DNA of 64,000 nucleotides from a candidate division FCPU426 bacterium (GTDB lineage: Bacteria > Oederibacteriota > Muellerivitia > Muellerivitales > Muellerivitaceae), in the NCBI GenBank assembly GCA_963738405.1, contig CAVTWJ010000013.1, positions 1 to 64,000 of the forward strand, written 5' to 3'. Below, one piece after another: positions 50,854-61,354 of this stretch (the stretch's first letter is position 1; every line of letters begins with the position of its first letter). The notes under the pieces are model-generated. The model saw nothing but the letters and a program-made list of their open reading frames with translations. It searched no databases and had not been told where the DNA came from. Made by a program: the position numbers and the translations under genes.

Positions 50854-52286
50854 AAACAACCTTTTCGTCCTTCAATCTAATCAAGATCGCTTCTATTTAT
50901 GCCTTCCTTGCTCTTCTGGGAACTGCGGTTTGTGCCAAACCGCCCCAGTTTCCGCCTGAAACGCCTTTGGAAATAAAAGTTCCCGATATCCATGTCAAAA
51001 CCCTTTCCTGCGGACTGAAGGTTCTCTTCATTCACGACGACCGCCTGCCTCTTGTTTCTGGCTCCCTCCGCATTCCGGGCGGCAATGTCTCGGACCCGCA
51101 AGGCAAGGAAGGTCTGGCGGCCCTGACGGCTGAGTCCCTTCGTAACGGCGGTGCGGGAAAACTCAAACCCGGGGCTTTCGACGAGGCGCTGGAAAATAAG
51201 GCCATCTCCATGGGCTGTACCAGCGAGACGGAAGACTTTAACGCCACCTTCAATTGCCTGGCCCCCGATCTTTCGGAGGCTTTGGGATACTTCGCTGACC
51301 TGATTCGCCACCCGGGGTTTGACGCCAAACGTTTGGCTACCGACCAATTGGACCAGGCGGAGGATTTAAACCGCGTGGAAGACACCCCCGATTCCATCAC
51401 CAGGGTCCTTTTTACCAAGACTCTCTTTGGGCAGTCGCCTTACGGCCGGTGGGGAAGCCCCGCGACAGTTAAAAAGCTGAATCCCAACGACGTGAAGAAT
51501 TTTTACGGAAAGCATTTCGGTCCCAAAGGATCTGTGCTGGTGGTGACCGGTAAGTTTGATGAGGATCAGGTTTCCGCTGAGCTGGAAAGACTCTTTTCAG
51601 GATGGAAGGCTCAGGGTCAAACACCCGCATATGCCGATGCCGAGCCCATGGGCCCCACGATTTACTTCTTCCCTAAGGATGTGACCCAGGTTTTTATCCG
51701 CTTCGGCCTGCCGGGTTTGAAGCGCCACGACCTCAATGACATACCTCTTCAAGTCGCCAATTACGTATTGGGCGGTTCGGGCTTCACCTCGCGCTTGATG
51801 AGAGAAATTCGCTCCAATCGGGGGCTGGCCTACTTTGTGGATAGCTACTTCCTGCCCTATAACATCAAAGGCCCTTTCCAGGTTGTGGGAGGAACCCGGC
51901 CCGATTCGGTGAAGGAATATTTGACGGTCATGTTTGATCAGTTAGCCCAATACGCAAAGGAAGGTCCCACCGAAGCCGAGATGGAAGCAGCCCGGAAGGG
52001 AATGATTGAGGAATACGCTTATAACTTCGAATCATCTTTTAATCTCGCCACTTACGAAGGTTCGTTGGCCTTTAATGGCTACCCGGATGATTATCTGGAA
52101 ACCTTCCGTGACAAGATCAAGGCCGTCACCGGGACCCAAGCCGCCGAAGCGGAACAAGCTGTTTTGAACCAGAAGAATTGGGTGCTGGTGGTTTGCGGGC
52201 CTGATGGTTTGCAGAAGGACCTGGAAGGTTTCGGTAAGGTCGTGACGATGAAGAGCGTCTTCGCGCCGATTCCCGTAAAACCTTAA
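50850..52286 (+). CDS. M16 peptidase non-catalytic partner subunit
   Basis: No HxxEH; LGGSGFTSRLMREIRSNRGLAY; ATGA overlap with the partner gene. Confidence 0.92.
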   Translation: MKTTFSSFNLIKIASIYAFLALLGTAVCAKPPQFPPETPLEIKVPDIHVKTLSCGLKVLFIHDDRLPLVSGSLRIPGGNVSDPQGKEGLAALTAESLRNGGAGKLKPGAFDEALENKAISMGCTSETEDFNATFNCLAPDLSEALGYFADLIRHPGFDAKRLATDQLDQAEDLNRVEDTPDSITRVLFTKTLFGQSPYGRWGSPATVKKLNPNDVKNFYGKHFGPKGSVLVVTGKFDEDQVSAELERLFSGWKAQGQTPAYADAEPMGPTIYFFPKDVTQVFIRFGLPGLKRHDLNDIPLQVANYVLGGSGFTSRLMREIRSNRGLAYFVDSYFLPYNIKGPFQVVGGTRPDSVKEYLTVMFDQLAQYAKEGPTEAEMEAARKGMIEEYAYNFESSFNLATYEGSLAFNGYPDDYLETFRDKIKAVTGTQAAEAEQAVLNQKNWVLVVCGPDGLQKDLEGFGKVVTMKSVFAPIPVKP

Positions 52287-52292
52287 TCAGGA

Positions 52293-52326
52293 ATAAAAAA
52301 CCCAGGTTCTTTAGAATCTGGGTTCG
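52293..52326. terminator. Probable bidirectional terminator
   Basis: AACCCAGGTTCT-TT-AGAATCTGGGTT between convergent genes, with an A tract on the left. Confidence 0.7.
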
Positions 52327-52331
52327 TGTTT

Positions 52332-52406
52332 TGGTAGCCCCACGGGGAATCGAACCCCGATTTAATGGCTGAGAACCATCCGTCCTAACCGTTAGACGAT
52401 GGGGCC
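52332..52406 (-). tRNA. tRNA-Glu (anticodon CTC)
   Basis: Reverse complement GGCCCCATCGTCTAACGGTTAGGACGGATGGTTCTCAGCCATTAAATCGGGGTTCGATTCCCCGTGGGGCTACCA. Confidence 0.95.
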
Positions 52407-52554
52407 GTACCTCTTCGAAAATTCAAAAAGCATTAAAGAGGGATGGATTTTAGGAAAAACCAACCTAACTATCAACCTGGAATTTCCACTGCGAGCGGAG
52501 TCTGCAACAGGGCGCCCCATCCTCCATCCCGAAAATCTCGATTATAATCGCTTC

Positions 52555-54455
52555 GTGATTTCTCAACTCGCCACCCATTTTTCCAAGGGCCGAAAGGTTT
52601 GGACCCAGCCTTGGGTTTGGGCTCTTCTTTCTTGTTTTCTCCTTTTAGCGCTCCTTGCTTGCCGCAAGGATTGGGACGCGGATTTGGGGATCCATTTAAA
52701 GGGAGGGCAATGGATCACGCAAAACCACCGGGTACCTTCCTCCGACGTTTATACCTACTCGGTCCCCGACCATCCTTTTCTTGATATCGAATGGCTCTAC
52801 CAATGTGCTTTTTTCCTGATATTCCTCGCGGGGGGCTATTCGTCCGTTTCTGTTTTCAACATCCTTTTGATATTGCTAGCCTTCGGCGTCAGTTGGATGC
52901 GCTTAAGGGAAACCAGATGTCCCCTTTGGCTGGGGGTGCCCCTATTGGCTTGGGCGGTTTTAGCCTGCGAATTTCGTTTTCATGTCCGCCCAGAAAATCT
53001 TAGTTGGCTCCTCATGGTAGGAATGCTTTGGGTGTTGGAAGAAAGGGCCCGAGGTAGGCCAAACCGCCTTTGGCTTCTTCCTCTTCTGCAATGGGTGTGG
53101 GTCAATACAGAGGGGATGTTCCCTCTTGGGTTGGCCTTGATTGTCATTTTTCTGGTTTCCCACTGGATTCATAATCGCAAAATAGACATACCCTTGGCCG
53201 GTTATGGAGCCCTGTCCACCGCTGTTTGTTTTCTTAACCCTTACGGATTGGATGGGTTTCTTTATCCCCTTGCCATTTTAAAAACCCTCCATTCGGAAGT
53301 CTTCAAAAGCAACATCATGGAGTTCGATTCGCCTTGGAACCCCATCCATCCCGACGCCATTCCGAACCAGGTTTGGATGTACAAGATATTCTGCCTATTC
53401 CTCCTTCTGCTTTTGCTTGCCACCTTTCGACGGCGTAAGGCACATGAGTTTCTTCTGGCGGGGTTCTTTTTCTACTTTTCGGCTACGGGTGTGCGCCAAA
53501 TACCTCTTTTCATACTCGCCTGCCTGCCTGTCGCTGGGGCCTGCTGGAAGGATTTGCCCTGGCTGGGTGTGCGTAAATTTCAGGAAACTTTTCTATCTGG
53601 CAACCTAACAGCCTGGGTCTTTTCCCTCTTACTCTTGGGTCTTGGGGTGAGGGTTGTGACCAACGCCTTTTACGTTTCCGGCCAAAGGCCTGAGCATTTT
53701 GGTTTGGGAGTGGATGGGGAATCCTTGCCGGTCCGCGCCGCCGATTTCCTGATTCAAAACCACCTGGACGGACGAATCCTCAATGAACTGGGGTGCGGGG
53801 ATTGGCTGGAGTGGAGTGGGCAAAAGGTTTTCATTGACGGCCGGTCTGAAGTGTTCGGAGAGGATTTTTTCTCCCAATATGTGTCTTCAAGGCAAGGAGG
53901 CGGGGTGATCCCTCTGGCGGATAAGTACCGGGCGGACATCATCTTTTTCTCGCTCCCCAATCCCTGGCTTGCTGGCCTGCAAGGGTCGGGTGACTGGCGG
54001 AATGTATATTATATATAGATGGAACGGCGGCGATTTTTCTCCGCAAGGGGTATGCCCCTGAAGTTCCGGCAGTCCAAGACGTCCAACTGATGAAGTCGGA
54101 GAGCGTCGGGGCGGATATTCTTAGCCAAGCCCCGGGCCTTTTGGCTTTACGCAAAACCTCGGACTGGAATGTTTTTTGGGAGGGTTTTTACCAACGCTCG
54201 ATATATCCCATAAGGCTTGCCCGAATGGGGGCCTTTTTATTTTCAATGAACCATCCGCAGGCGGCGGTGGCCTTTTACCTGGAGGCGATACGCCGTAGTG
54301 GGGGGCGTATGGGCATCTTTTACCTCAATTTGGGCCAATTTTATTACGTACTGAAGGACTATCCCGATGCCAGACTTTGCTTGGAAAGGGTACTGGCGGA
54401 CAACCCGCAAAATTCGCAGGCCCGGCACATTTTGGAAGCTTTACCGCCTTCTTAA
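52555..54455 (+). pseudogene. GT-C-like membrane protein with C-terminal TPR, split by a frameshift at ~54010
   Basis: DADLGIHLKGGQWI, EWLY, RPE, LNPYG and VFIDGR motifs; the frame resumes as IDGTAAIFLRKG into ORF 54090-54455; start uncertain. Confidence 0.75.
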
Positions 54456-54590
54456 GGCGGGAAATTTAATCAACCGCCTATCGCCTATTTCTGATCCAAT
54501 ATGATTTGCCGAACATCATTTAGGAAAAAAAGATTAAAACAGAGTGCGGAGGCAGTGCTTCAACCTCAGGCTGGGTTTCCTCAAGTTGAA

Positions 54591-54620
54591 TATATGAATA
54601 AATAGGAATATATTCATATA
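54591..54620. promoter_or_regulatory. Inverted repeat, putative ArsR-family operator
   Basis: TATATGAATA-N10-TATTCATATA immediately upstream of the RBS of the ArsR gene. Confidence 0.65.
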
Positions 54621-54636
54621 ACTACGGGGAGGCCTT

Positions 54637-54969
54637 GTGATTGATCCATCCTTTGTTTTCAACATCAAAGCAGACTTTCTGAAAGCCCTGGCCCATCCGG
54701 GCAGGCTCAGGATCATTGAGCACCTGAAGCACGGGGAAAAATCGGTCAACGAAATGTGTAAGGCCTTGGAAATGGAGCAATCCGGCCTTTCCAAGCACCT
54801 GTCCGTCCTGAAACAGGCGGGAATCCTGAGTTCCCGCCAGGAAAAGGTGACCGTGTTCTATTTTGTCAGGGACAAGGGAATCTACGATGTTTTGAAACCC
54901 ATTACCCTATTCCTGAAAAAAAAGTTTAAAGAGAGCCAGGTCATGTTGGATCAATTGGCTAAAAACTAA
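54637..54969 (+). CDS. ArsR/SmtB family transcriptional regulator
   Basis: LKALAHPGRLRII and QSGLSKHLSVLKQAG motifs. Confidence 0.92.
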   Translation: MIDPSFVFNIKADFLKALAHPGRLRIIEHLKHGEKSVNEMCKALEMEQSGLSKHLSVLKQAGILSSRQEKVTVFYFVRDKGIYDVLKPITLFLKKKFKESQVMLDQLAKN

Positions 54970-55074
54970 GATAAAACCAACAAATGAAGTTTCCCCTATT
55001 TTCCCGGCTTGAAAAGGGAATGACGGTGGATTTTAAGTAAAAGCCCAAATTCATGCCATGCTTGGAGATTAACA

Positions 55075-55734
55075 ATGCAGTGGACGGTTAAGGAAGCCAG
55101 CGTATTTCTGCAGGTCCCGGAAGACACCCTCTTCGACTGGATCGATAAAAGAGCCCTGCCAGCCACCCGTTTCAACGGTCGGTACCATTTCAACCGTTTG
55201 AAATTGACGGATTGGGCCCACGAAAACGGGGTACCCCTTCTCATTCCCAATGGGGTTGATTTGCCCTCCTTAAGAGAGGCTTTGGAAGTGGGGGGGATTT
55301 ACGAAAACATCCAGGGCGTTGATAAACCCGAGATCTTCAAAAATATCATGAAGCTTTTAAATATCCCGGAGGAAGAAGACCGGGAACTGGTTTGCCAAAT
55401 GATCCTTTCCCGGGAGAGGGAAGGTTCCACCGAATTGGGAAACGGCATCGCCATTCCCCATGCCCGGCACCCGATTTTGCTCCATGTGGCGAAGCCCATG
55501 GTAGCCCTTTGCTATTTGAAAAACCCCGTCCCCTTTGGGGAATCGGATCGGCCCCCGGTTTCCGTCCTTTTCGTGATCCTTTCCCCCAGCATCCGGATGC
55601 ATTTGCATTTCCTGGAGAGGCTAGGGTACGCGCTCCGGGACGATGAGTTTTCCAGCCTGGTGCTATCCCGTGCGCATCCAACGAAAATCATGGACCGGCT
55701 GGCGGTTCTGAAGGATCAGTTGGAAAAGCGGTAA
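55075..55734 (+). CDS. Excisionase-like HTH fused to a PTS EIIA (PtsN-like) domain
   Basis: TVKEAS.FL.V...T...WI...LPA; REREGSTELGNGIAIPHAR. Confidence 0.88.
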   Translation: MQWTVKEASVFLQVPEDTLFDWIDKRALPATRFNGRYHFNRLKLTDWAHENGVPLLIPNGVDLPSLREALEVGGIYENIQGVDKPEIFKNIMKLLNIPEEEDRELVCQMILSREREGSTELGNGIAIPHARHPILLHVAKPMVALCYLKNPVPFGESDRPPVSVLFVILSPSIRMHLHFLERLGYALRDDEFSSLVLSRAHPTKIMDRLAVLKDQLEKR

Positions 55735-55807
55735 CGGTTTTGGGTTGGTGAATGAAGGACGACACCTTGGCTGGATGGGTTGGAAGCGGAAAGGAAGCAA
55801 CGATTCT

Positions 55808-57808
55808 ATGGGTTTGATCCTTGTACTCATCGCGCTTGCGGGCCTGGGTATCGTTGAAATAGCCGTCCTGCCCTTCAGGCGCCGATCCAACCTCGGACAG
55901 TATCTTTCCGCAGGCCTCACCCTCCTTTCCTCCCTCTGCGGGGGAATTGGTTTGGCGGATTATTATTCCGCGGGTGTTCCGCCCTCCATCGGCATGCCCT
56001 GGCAAGTTCCGGGAGGGTCCATCGCCCTGGAGCTCGACGGATTGACGGCCTTTTTCCTGATTCCTGTTTTCCTTGTCTCTGGCCTTGGGGCGCTCTTTGG
56101 CCTGGAATACTGGAAACAATCGGAGAATCTCGAAAGCGGCAAGGGCCTCAGGCTCTTTTATGGTCTTCTTTCCCTGGGTATGGGGCTTCTGCTTCTGGCC
56201 CGCAACAGCCTTCTTTTCCTGGCGGGTTGGGAAATCATGGCGGTGGCCGCCTACTTTTTGATCGTGGTGGAGGATAAGGAAAAAAACGTAAGGCAGGCTG
56301 GCTGGATCTATTGGGTCTCAGCCCATCTGGGGCTCGCCGCGCTGATGGTGATGTTTCTGCTGATGCGAAACCTACTGGGGACCTTCGATTGGTCGGTTCT
56401 TCCGCTGGATTCGTCGGTGGATTTCCGCTGCTCTGCCCTGTTTTTATTGGCCCTTTTCGGATTTGGCTTTAAGGCCGGGCTCATGCCTTTTCATTTCTGG
56501 CTTCCCCGGGCCCATTCCAGCGCCCCCAGCCATGTTTCTGGAATCATGTCCGGCGTGATGTTGAACATGGGGGTTTACGGGATGATCCGCGTCCTGGGTT
56601 ACCTTCCGCACCCCCCGATTTGGTGGGGAGTCCTGATGCTGGGGATGGGAACTGCCTCCGGTGTCTTGGGAATCCTTCTGGCCATCGCCGAAAGCGATCT
56701 GAAGCGCATGCTGGCCTACAGCAGTATCGAAAATATTGGGATCATTTTCATGGGTTTGGGTCTCGCCTTGATCGGGCGTTCCTCAGGGAACAGCCTCCTG
56801 CTTCAATTGGGGATGATGGCGGCGCTTTTCCATGTGCTCAACCATAGCCTGTTCAAGACCGCTCTTTTTTATTGTTCGGGTTCGGTTTTGCACGCTTGCC
56901 ACACCCGCCGGATGGACCACCTGGGAGGCTTGATCCCGATTCTTCCCCTCACCGGGTTGGCTTTCGTTATCGCCTCCTGCGCGGCCTGCGGCCTCCCCCC
57001 TTTAAACGGGTTCATCGGCGAATGGATTCTCTACCAGGGGTTTTTCCACCTGTCGGCGGCTGGTTCCATTTTTTACGCCCTCCTGGGAACCCTGGCCATC
57101 GGGGGATTGGCCCTGATTGGTACTTTAAGTGTGGTTTGTTTCGTAAGGGCTTTCGGGACCCTATTTCTGGGATCGCCCCGATTTTCATTGAAACCCCACG
57201 ATCAAGAAAAGAAAGGGTTCATGATCTTCACCCTGTCCCTGTTGTTGGGGGGCTGCATGGGACTGGCCTTTCTTCCCGGACGAATCCTTTTTATATTAGG
57301 AAAAGCGATGGAAACCTGGGAAAGCGGGAGCGTCCCTTCCTCCCTCGAAAGCCTGGTTCCCTTGGGGGTTCTGGCCCTGTTGAACCTATCGTTATTGATT
57401 GTTTTTGGAGCCGGAGTGGGTTGGTTTGCCCTGAGGAAAAAAAAGTTCCTTTTCCAACAGCCCCAGGCTTTGGAAACTTGGAGCTGCGGATATAACGGGC
57501 CAACTTCCCCCCGGGTGCAATACACGGCTTCCTCCTTCGGGGAAATCCTCTCGGGGGTCTACCAGTGGGCCATTCCCTCCCGGCTTCATCAGCCGAACGT
57601 GAAGGGGCCTTTACCCCCACCCTCCTGGTTTGCCACCCTTCCTTTTGACCGCATCTTGGGCGGAATCCTGATTCCTTCCATCCGGTCCTGGGGCGACAGA
57701 GTTTCGGTGCTCTTAAAGCTGCAACAGGGCCGAACCTCCATTTATCTTCTTTATATTGTGGTTGTTTTCATCGCGGCCCTTTGCTGGGGAAGTTGGAGCC
57801 TGCCATGA
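55808..57808 (+). CDS. HyfB/NuoL-like antiporter subunit, copy 1
   Basis: WEIMA, KAGLMPFHFWLPRAH, KRMLAYSSIENIG and GLPPLNGFIGEW motifs. Confidence 0.9.
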   Translation: MGLILVLIALAGLGIVEIAVLPFRRRSNLGQYLSAGLTLLSSLCGGIGLADYYSAGVPPSIGMPWQVPGGSIALELDGLTAFFLIPVFLVSGLGALFGLEYWKQSENLESGKGLRLFYGLLSLGMGLLLLARNSLLFLAGWEIMAVAAYFLIVVEDKEKNVRQAGWIYWVSAHLGLAALMVMFLLMRNLLGTFDWSVLPLDSSVDFRCSALFLLALFGFGFKAGLMPFHFWLPRAHSSAPSHVSGIMSGVMLNMGVYGMIRVLGYLPHPPIWWGVLMLGMGTASGVLGILLAIAESDLKRMLAYSSIENIGIIFMGLGLALIGRSSGNSLLLQLGMMAALFHVLNHSLFKTALFYCSGSVLHACHTRRMDHLGGLIPILPLTGLAFVIASCAACGLPPLNGFIGEWILYQGFFHLSAAGSIFYALLGTLAIGGLALIGTLSVVCFVRAFGTLFLGSPRFSLKPHDQEKKGFMIFTLSLLLGGCMGLAFLPGRILFILGKAMETWESGSVPSSLESLVPLGVLALLNLSLLIVFGAGVGWFALRKKKFLFQQPQALETWSCGYNGPTSPRVQYTASSFGEILSGVYQWAIPSRLHQPNVKGPLPPPSWFATLPFDRILGGILIPSIRSWGDRVSVLLKLQQGRTSIYLLYIVVVFIAALCWGSWSLP

Positions 57809-59787
57809 CGCCACTCCTTCTTTATACCGCCCTGGGACTGGTGGCTTTCAGCGGCGTTCCCGGTTTGTTTTTCAACCGTCAATCCATGGGCGGGCAATGG
57901 CTTTCCATCCCCTTGTTTTGCGTGGGGTCGGCGGCGGGTTTGATCGCGGCCTTCACGTCTTTGATCCATGGCGTGAGTGAAGTTTGGACCCTGCCCCTTA
58001 CGGTTTGCGGAGGGAATATTTCATTCTTGCTCGACCCCCTCGCCTCCGTTTTTCTGGCCAGCATCTTCCTTATTTCCGCTTTGGGATCCATCTTTGGCTT
58101 GGAATATTGGAAACAGACCCAACATCCGTTTAACGGCGCAAAGCTGAGGTTTTTTTACGGTTTTCTGGCGGCGGGGATGGCCCTGGTGGTGGTCGCCCAT
58201 GATTCCATCTTTTTCCTTTTTGCCTGGGAGGTCATGGCCCTCTCGGCTTTTTTCCTTATCACCACCGAGGATGAAAAAAAGGAAGCCCGGCAGGCCGGAT
58301 GGCTTTATTTCGTCGCCACCCACTTTTCCACCCTTTTCCTTTTCGCTTTTTTCGCCTTTCTCCGACAGGCCGAAGGGTCCTTCGAAATCCTTCCCTTGAA
58401 GGCGGGGGATATCTCCGCCTCGGGCGCCAGCGGACTTTTCCTCCTGGCCCTGTTGGCTTTTGGCCTGAAGGCGGGCCTGTTTCCCCTCCATGTTTGGCTG
58501 CCTTCCGCCCACGCGAACGCACCCAGCCATGTTTCGGCGATTCTGTCCGGCGTGTTGCTCAAGGTCGGGGTCTATGGCTTGATGAGGGTGTGCTGGCTTT
58601 TCTCGGACCCGCCCCTCTGGTGGGGAACACTCCTGGTCGTGATGGGAATCCTTTCCTCCGTGTTGGGAGTGGCTTTCGCCCTGGGTCAGCACGATCTCAA
58701 AAGGCTGTTGGCTTATCACAGCGTGGAAAACATAGGGATCATCTTCCTGGGGTTGGGGCTGGCGCTCATCGGCAGGGCCGTGGGGAGGAGCGACCTGGTT
58801 TTGCTGGGGATGGCGGGAGCCTTGCTCCACGTTTGGAACCATGGCCTGTTCAAATCACTTCTTTTCCTCGGGGCGGGGTCGGTGATCCATGCCCTCCACA
58901 CCCGGGAAATCGACCTTATGGGGGGAGTGGGGAAGAAGATGCCGCAGACATCCCTGTTGTTCCTGGTGGGTTCGGTGGCCATTTGCGGCCTCCCCCCCTT
59001 GAACGGATTCATCAGCGAGTTTCTGATTTTCCTCGGATTTTTCAGATGCCTGACCCTGTCGGGGATGGAAGGGAACCTGGGATTGTGGATGGGCGCGCCC
59101 GCGTTGGCCCTGACGGGGGCCCTGGCTTTGGCCTGTTTCACGAAGGTTTACGGGGCCGTTTTTCTAGGATCTCCCCGGTCGCCTTCGGTTCCCGAGGCGA
59201 GGGAAGGGGGAAGGGCTATTTTATTTCCAATGATTTTGCTCGGATTCCTGTGTTTTGGGATCGGCTTGTTTCCCCAAACGGTGGCGCCTCTTTTGGAATC
59301 CGCGGTCCGGTGCTGGGAACCCTTGTCGGGTGCAGCCGCCCCCACGCTGGCGGGCTGCGCCCCCTTAAACGTTTTTTCGGGCATGGGAATTACCTTTTTG
59401 GCTGTTTTGCTCATCGGAATTTATTGGCTCAACCGGAGGCCCAAAGACGGGAAAGAACCATCCCCTGTTTTAACGTGGGATTGCGGGTATATCCATCCGA
59501 CCCCTTCCATGCAATACACCGCTTCTTCCTATGCCCAAACCTTGGTCGATTTTTTCAAATGGGTTTTGGTGCCTGAAAAAAGTTCCATCCAGATCAAAGG
59601 GAATTTTCCGAAAAGGATTACTTTCCACAGCCATGTGCCGGAAACCGTTTTGGAATGGATCCTGATGCCCCTGGTTCGGGGGGGGCAATGGACACTCAAG
59701 TGGTTCAGGTATCTCCAGACTGGTTATCTGCAATCCTACGTTTTTTATATTTTTCTCACACTGCTGTTTTTTATTCTTTGGAGGTAG
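57805..59787 (+). CDS. HyfB/NuoL-like antiporter subunit, copy 2
   Basis: WEVMA, KAGLFPLHVWLPSAH, KRLLAYHSVENIG and TWDCGY motifs. Confidence 0.9.
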   Translation: MTPLLLYTALGLVAFSGVPGLFFNRQSMGGQWLSIPLFCVGSAAGLIAAFTSLIHGVSEVWTLPLTVCGGNISFLLDPLASVFLASIFLISALGSIFGLEYWKQTQHPFNGAKLRFFYGFLAAGMALVVVAHDSIFFLFAWEVMALSAFFLITTEDEKKEARQAGWLYFVATHFSTLFLFAFFAFLRQAEGSFEILPLKAGDISASGASGLFLLALLAFGLKAGLFPLHVWLPSAHANAPSHVSAILSGVLLKVGVYGLMRVCWLFSDPPLWWGTLLVVMGILSSVLGVAFALGQHDLKRLLAYHSVENIGIIFLGLGLALIGRAVGRSDLVLLGMAGALLHVWNHGLFKSLLFLGAGSVIHALHTREIDLMGGVGKKMPQTSLLFLVGSVAICGLPPLNGFISEFLIFLGFFRCLTLSGMEGNLGLWMGAPALALTGALALACFTKVYGAVFLGSPRSPSVPEAREGGRAILFPMILLGFLCFGIGLFPQTVAPLLESAVRCWEPLSGAAAPTLAGCAPLNVFSGMGITFLAVLLIGIYWLNRRPKDGKEPSPVLTWDCGYIHPTPSMQYTASSYAQTLVDFFKWVLVPEKSSIQIKGNFPKRITFHSHVPETVLEWILMPLVRGGQWTLKWFRYLQTGYLQSYVFYIFLTLLFFILWR

Positions 59788-59795
59788 TAAATCGG

Positions 59796-60704
59796 ATGAT
59801 TCTTAATTCTGTGATCCATATTTTCCTGATCCTGTTCCTATCTCCCATTCTTTTGGGGGTCATCAACAAGACGAAAGCGCTCATCGCTGGGCGGGTGGGG
59901 CCGCCGCTTCTCCAGACCTATTTCGATCTGCTGAAACTTTTCAGGAAAGGAATGGTTTTCAGCCGGACCACCACTTGGGTGTTCCGGGCGGGGCCCCTGG
60001 TAGGTTGGGTTTCTGTCTTTGCCGCTTCCTTGATCGTTCCATTGGGACATCACAGGGCTCCCTTGGCTTTTCAGGGCGACATGATCTTCCTCGTTTATTT
60101 ATTGGCCTTGGGACGGTTCTTCATGGCTTCCGCCGCTTTGGACACGGGATCTTCCTTCGAGGGGATGGGGGCTTCCCGGGAGGTTTCCTTCGCGTCATTC
60201 GCCGAACCTGCCTTGTTTTTTGGTTTTCTCGCCCTCGCGAGGCTGTCCCAGACCTTCAGCCTGTCGGACATGGTTTTGGGTGAAAACTTCAGGGTCGGAC
60301 CGGAAAAAACAGCGTCCCTGATCCTGATCACCGTCGCTTGGTTTATTGTCCTCCTGGCCGAGAACAGCCGCATCCCCTTCGATGATCCCAATACCCATTT
60401 GGAATTGACCATGGTCCATGAGGTCATGGTGTTGGACCATAGCGGGCCCGCCTTGGGGCTCATCCTGCACGGGTCTTCCATGAAACTTCTTTTGATGGGC
60501 GCCCTCGTCATGGACGTCGCCCTCCCCTGGGACACCTCCAGCCTGGCGGATTGGTTCGCCTTCATCCTGGAGATGGGATTGCTGGCCATTCTTATCGGTT
60601 TGGTCGAGTCTTTCATCGCCCGGTTGAGGTTGGAGTTCATCCCGAATCTCTTGGTTTCGGCCTGTCTTTTGTCGGCCTTCGGCTTCATTCTTTTGGTGAG
60701 GTGA
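59796..60704 (+). CDS. hyfC: HyfC/NuoH-like membrane subunit
   Basis: GRVGPP, DTGSSFEGMGASRE and ENSRIPFDDPNTHLELTMVHE motifs. Confidence 0.9.
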   Translation: MILNSVIHIFLILFLSPILLGVINKTKALIAGRVGPPLLQTYFDLLKLFRKGMVFSRTTTWVFRAGPLVGWVSVFAASLIVPLGHHRAPLAFQGDMIFLVYLLALGRFFMASAALDTGSSFEGMGASREVSFASFAEPALFFGFLALARLSQTFSLSDMVLGENFRVGPEKTASLILITVAWFIVLLAENSRIPFDDPNTHLELTMVHEVMVLDHSGPALGLILHGSSMKLLLMGALVMDVALPWDTSSLADWFAFILEMGLLAILIGLVESFIARLRLEFIPNLLVSACLLSAFGFILLVR

Positions 60705-60708
60705 AAAA

Positions 60709-61350
60709 ATGGAAATCGGGATCAATTCACTCATCGTTGTGGTGATCTTGCTGAATTTCCTCGCCTTGGGCTCCAGCCAGATCGGGATCGTCATCCGCCT
60801 ATCGGCCATCCAGGGGGTCCTGCTGGGGCTCATGCCCCTTCTCATGGAGGGGTTTGGGGAAATCCATATGCCGTTGCTGACCTTGGCCATCATCTCCCTC
60901 AAGGGTTTTTTGATCCCGTCCCTTCTCTTCAAGGCCATGCGAGACGTGAAAATCCGCCGCGAAGTGGAGCCGCTTTTGGGCTTTATCCCCTCGATGCTCT
61001 TGGGGGCGCTCGGAACGATCCTTGGGATACTGTTCTCGAATCACCTTCCCCTGATCCCTCTTCATAAGGAATACCTGATCCTGCCCGGCTCTTTTTCCAC
61101 GATCGCCTCTGGGTTCATCATGCTCACCACCCGCCACAAGGCCATTACCCAGGTGGTGGGCTTCCTGATCCTTGAGAATGGGATATTCATTTTCGGGCTG
61201 CTTCTGCTGGGAACGATGCCTTTTTTGGTGGAGGTCGGCGTTTTATTGGATTTGTTCGTCTGTGTGTTCGTCCTCGGAATCATTTTGAACCATATCCAGA
61301 AGGCTTTTTCGTCGCTGGACTCGAATAAATTAACTTCCTTAAAGGAATAA
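60709..61350 (+). CDS. hyfE: HyfE-like membrane subunit
   Basis: KGFLIP, ILENGIF and EVGVLLD motifs. Confidence 0.88.
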   Translation: MEIGINSLIVVVILLNFLALGSSQIGIVIRLSAIQGVLLGLMPLLMEGFGEIHMPLLTLAIISLKGFLIPSLLFKAMRDVKIRREVEPLLGFIPSMLLGALGTILGILFSNHLPLIPLHKEYLILPGSFSTIASGFIMLTTRHKAITQVVGFLILENGIFIFGLLLLGTMPFLVEVGVLLDLFVCVFVLGIILNHIQKAFSSLDSNKLTSLKE

Positions 61351-61354
61351 CCGG

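Noticed and set aside
52399..52554. ORF start at 52399
   Set aside because: Overlaps tRNA-Glu and its promoter region
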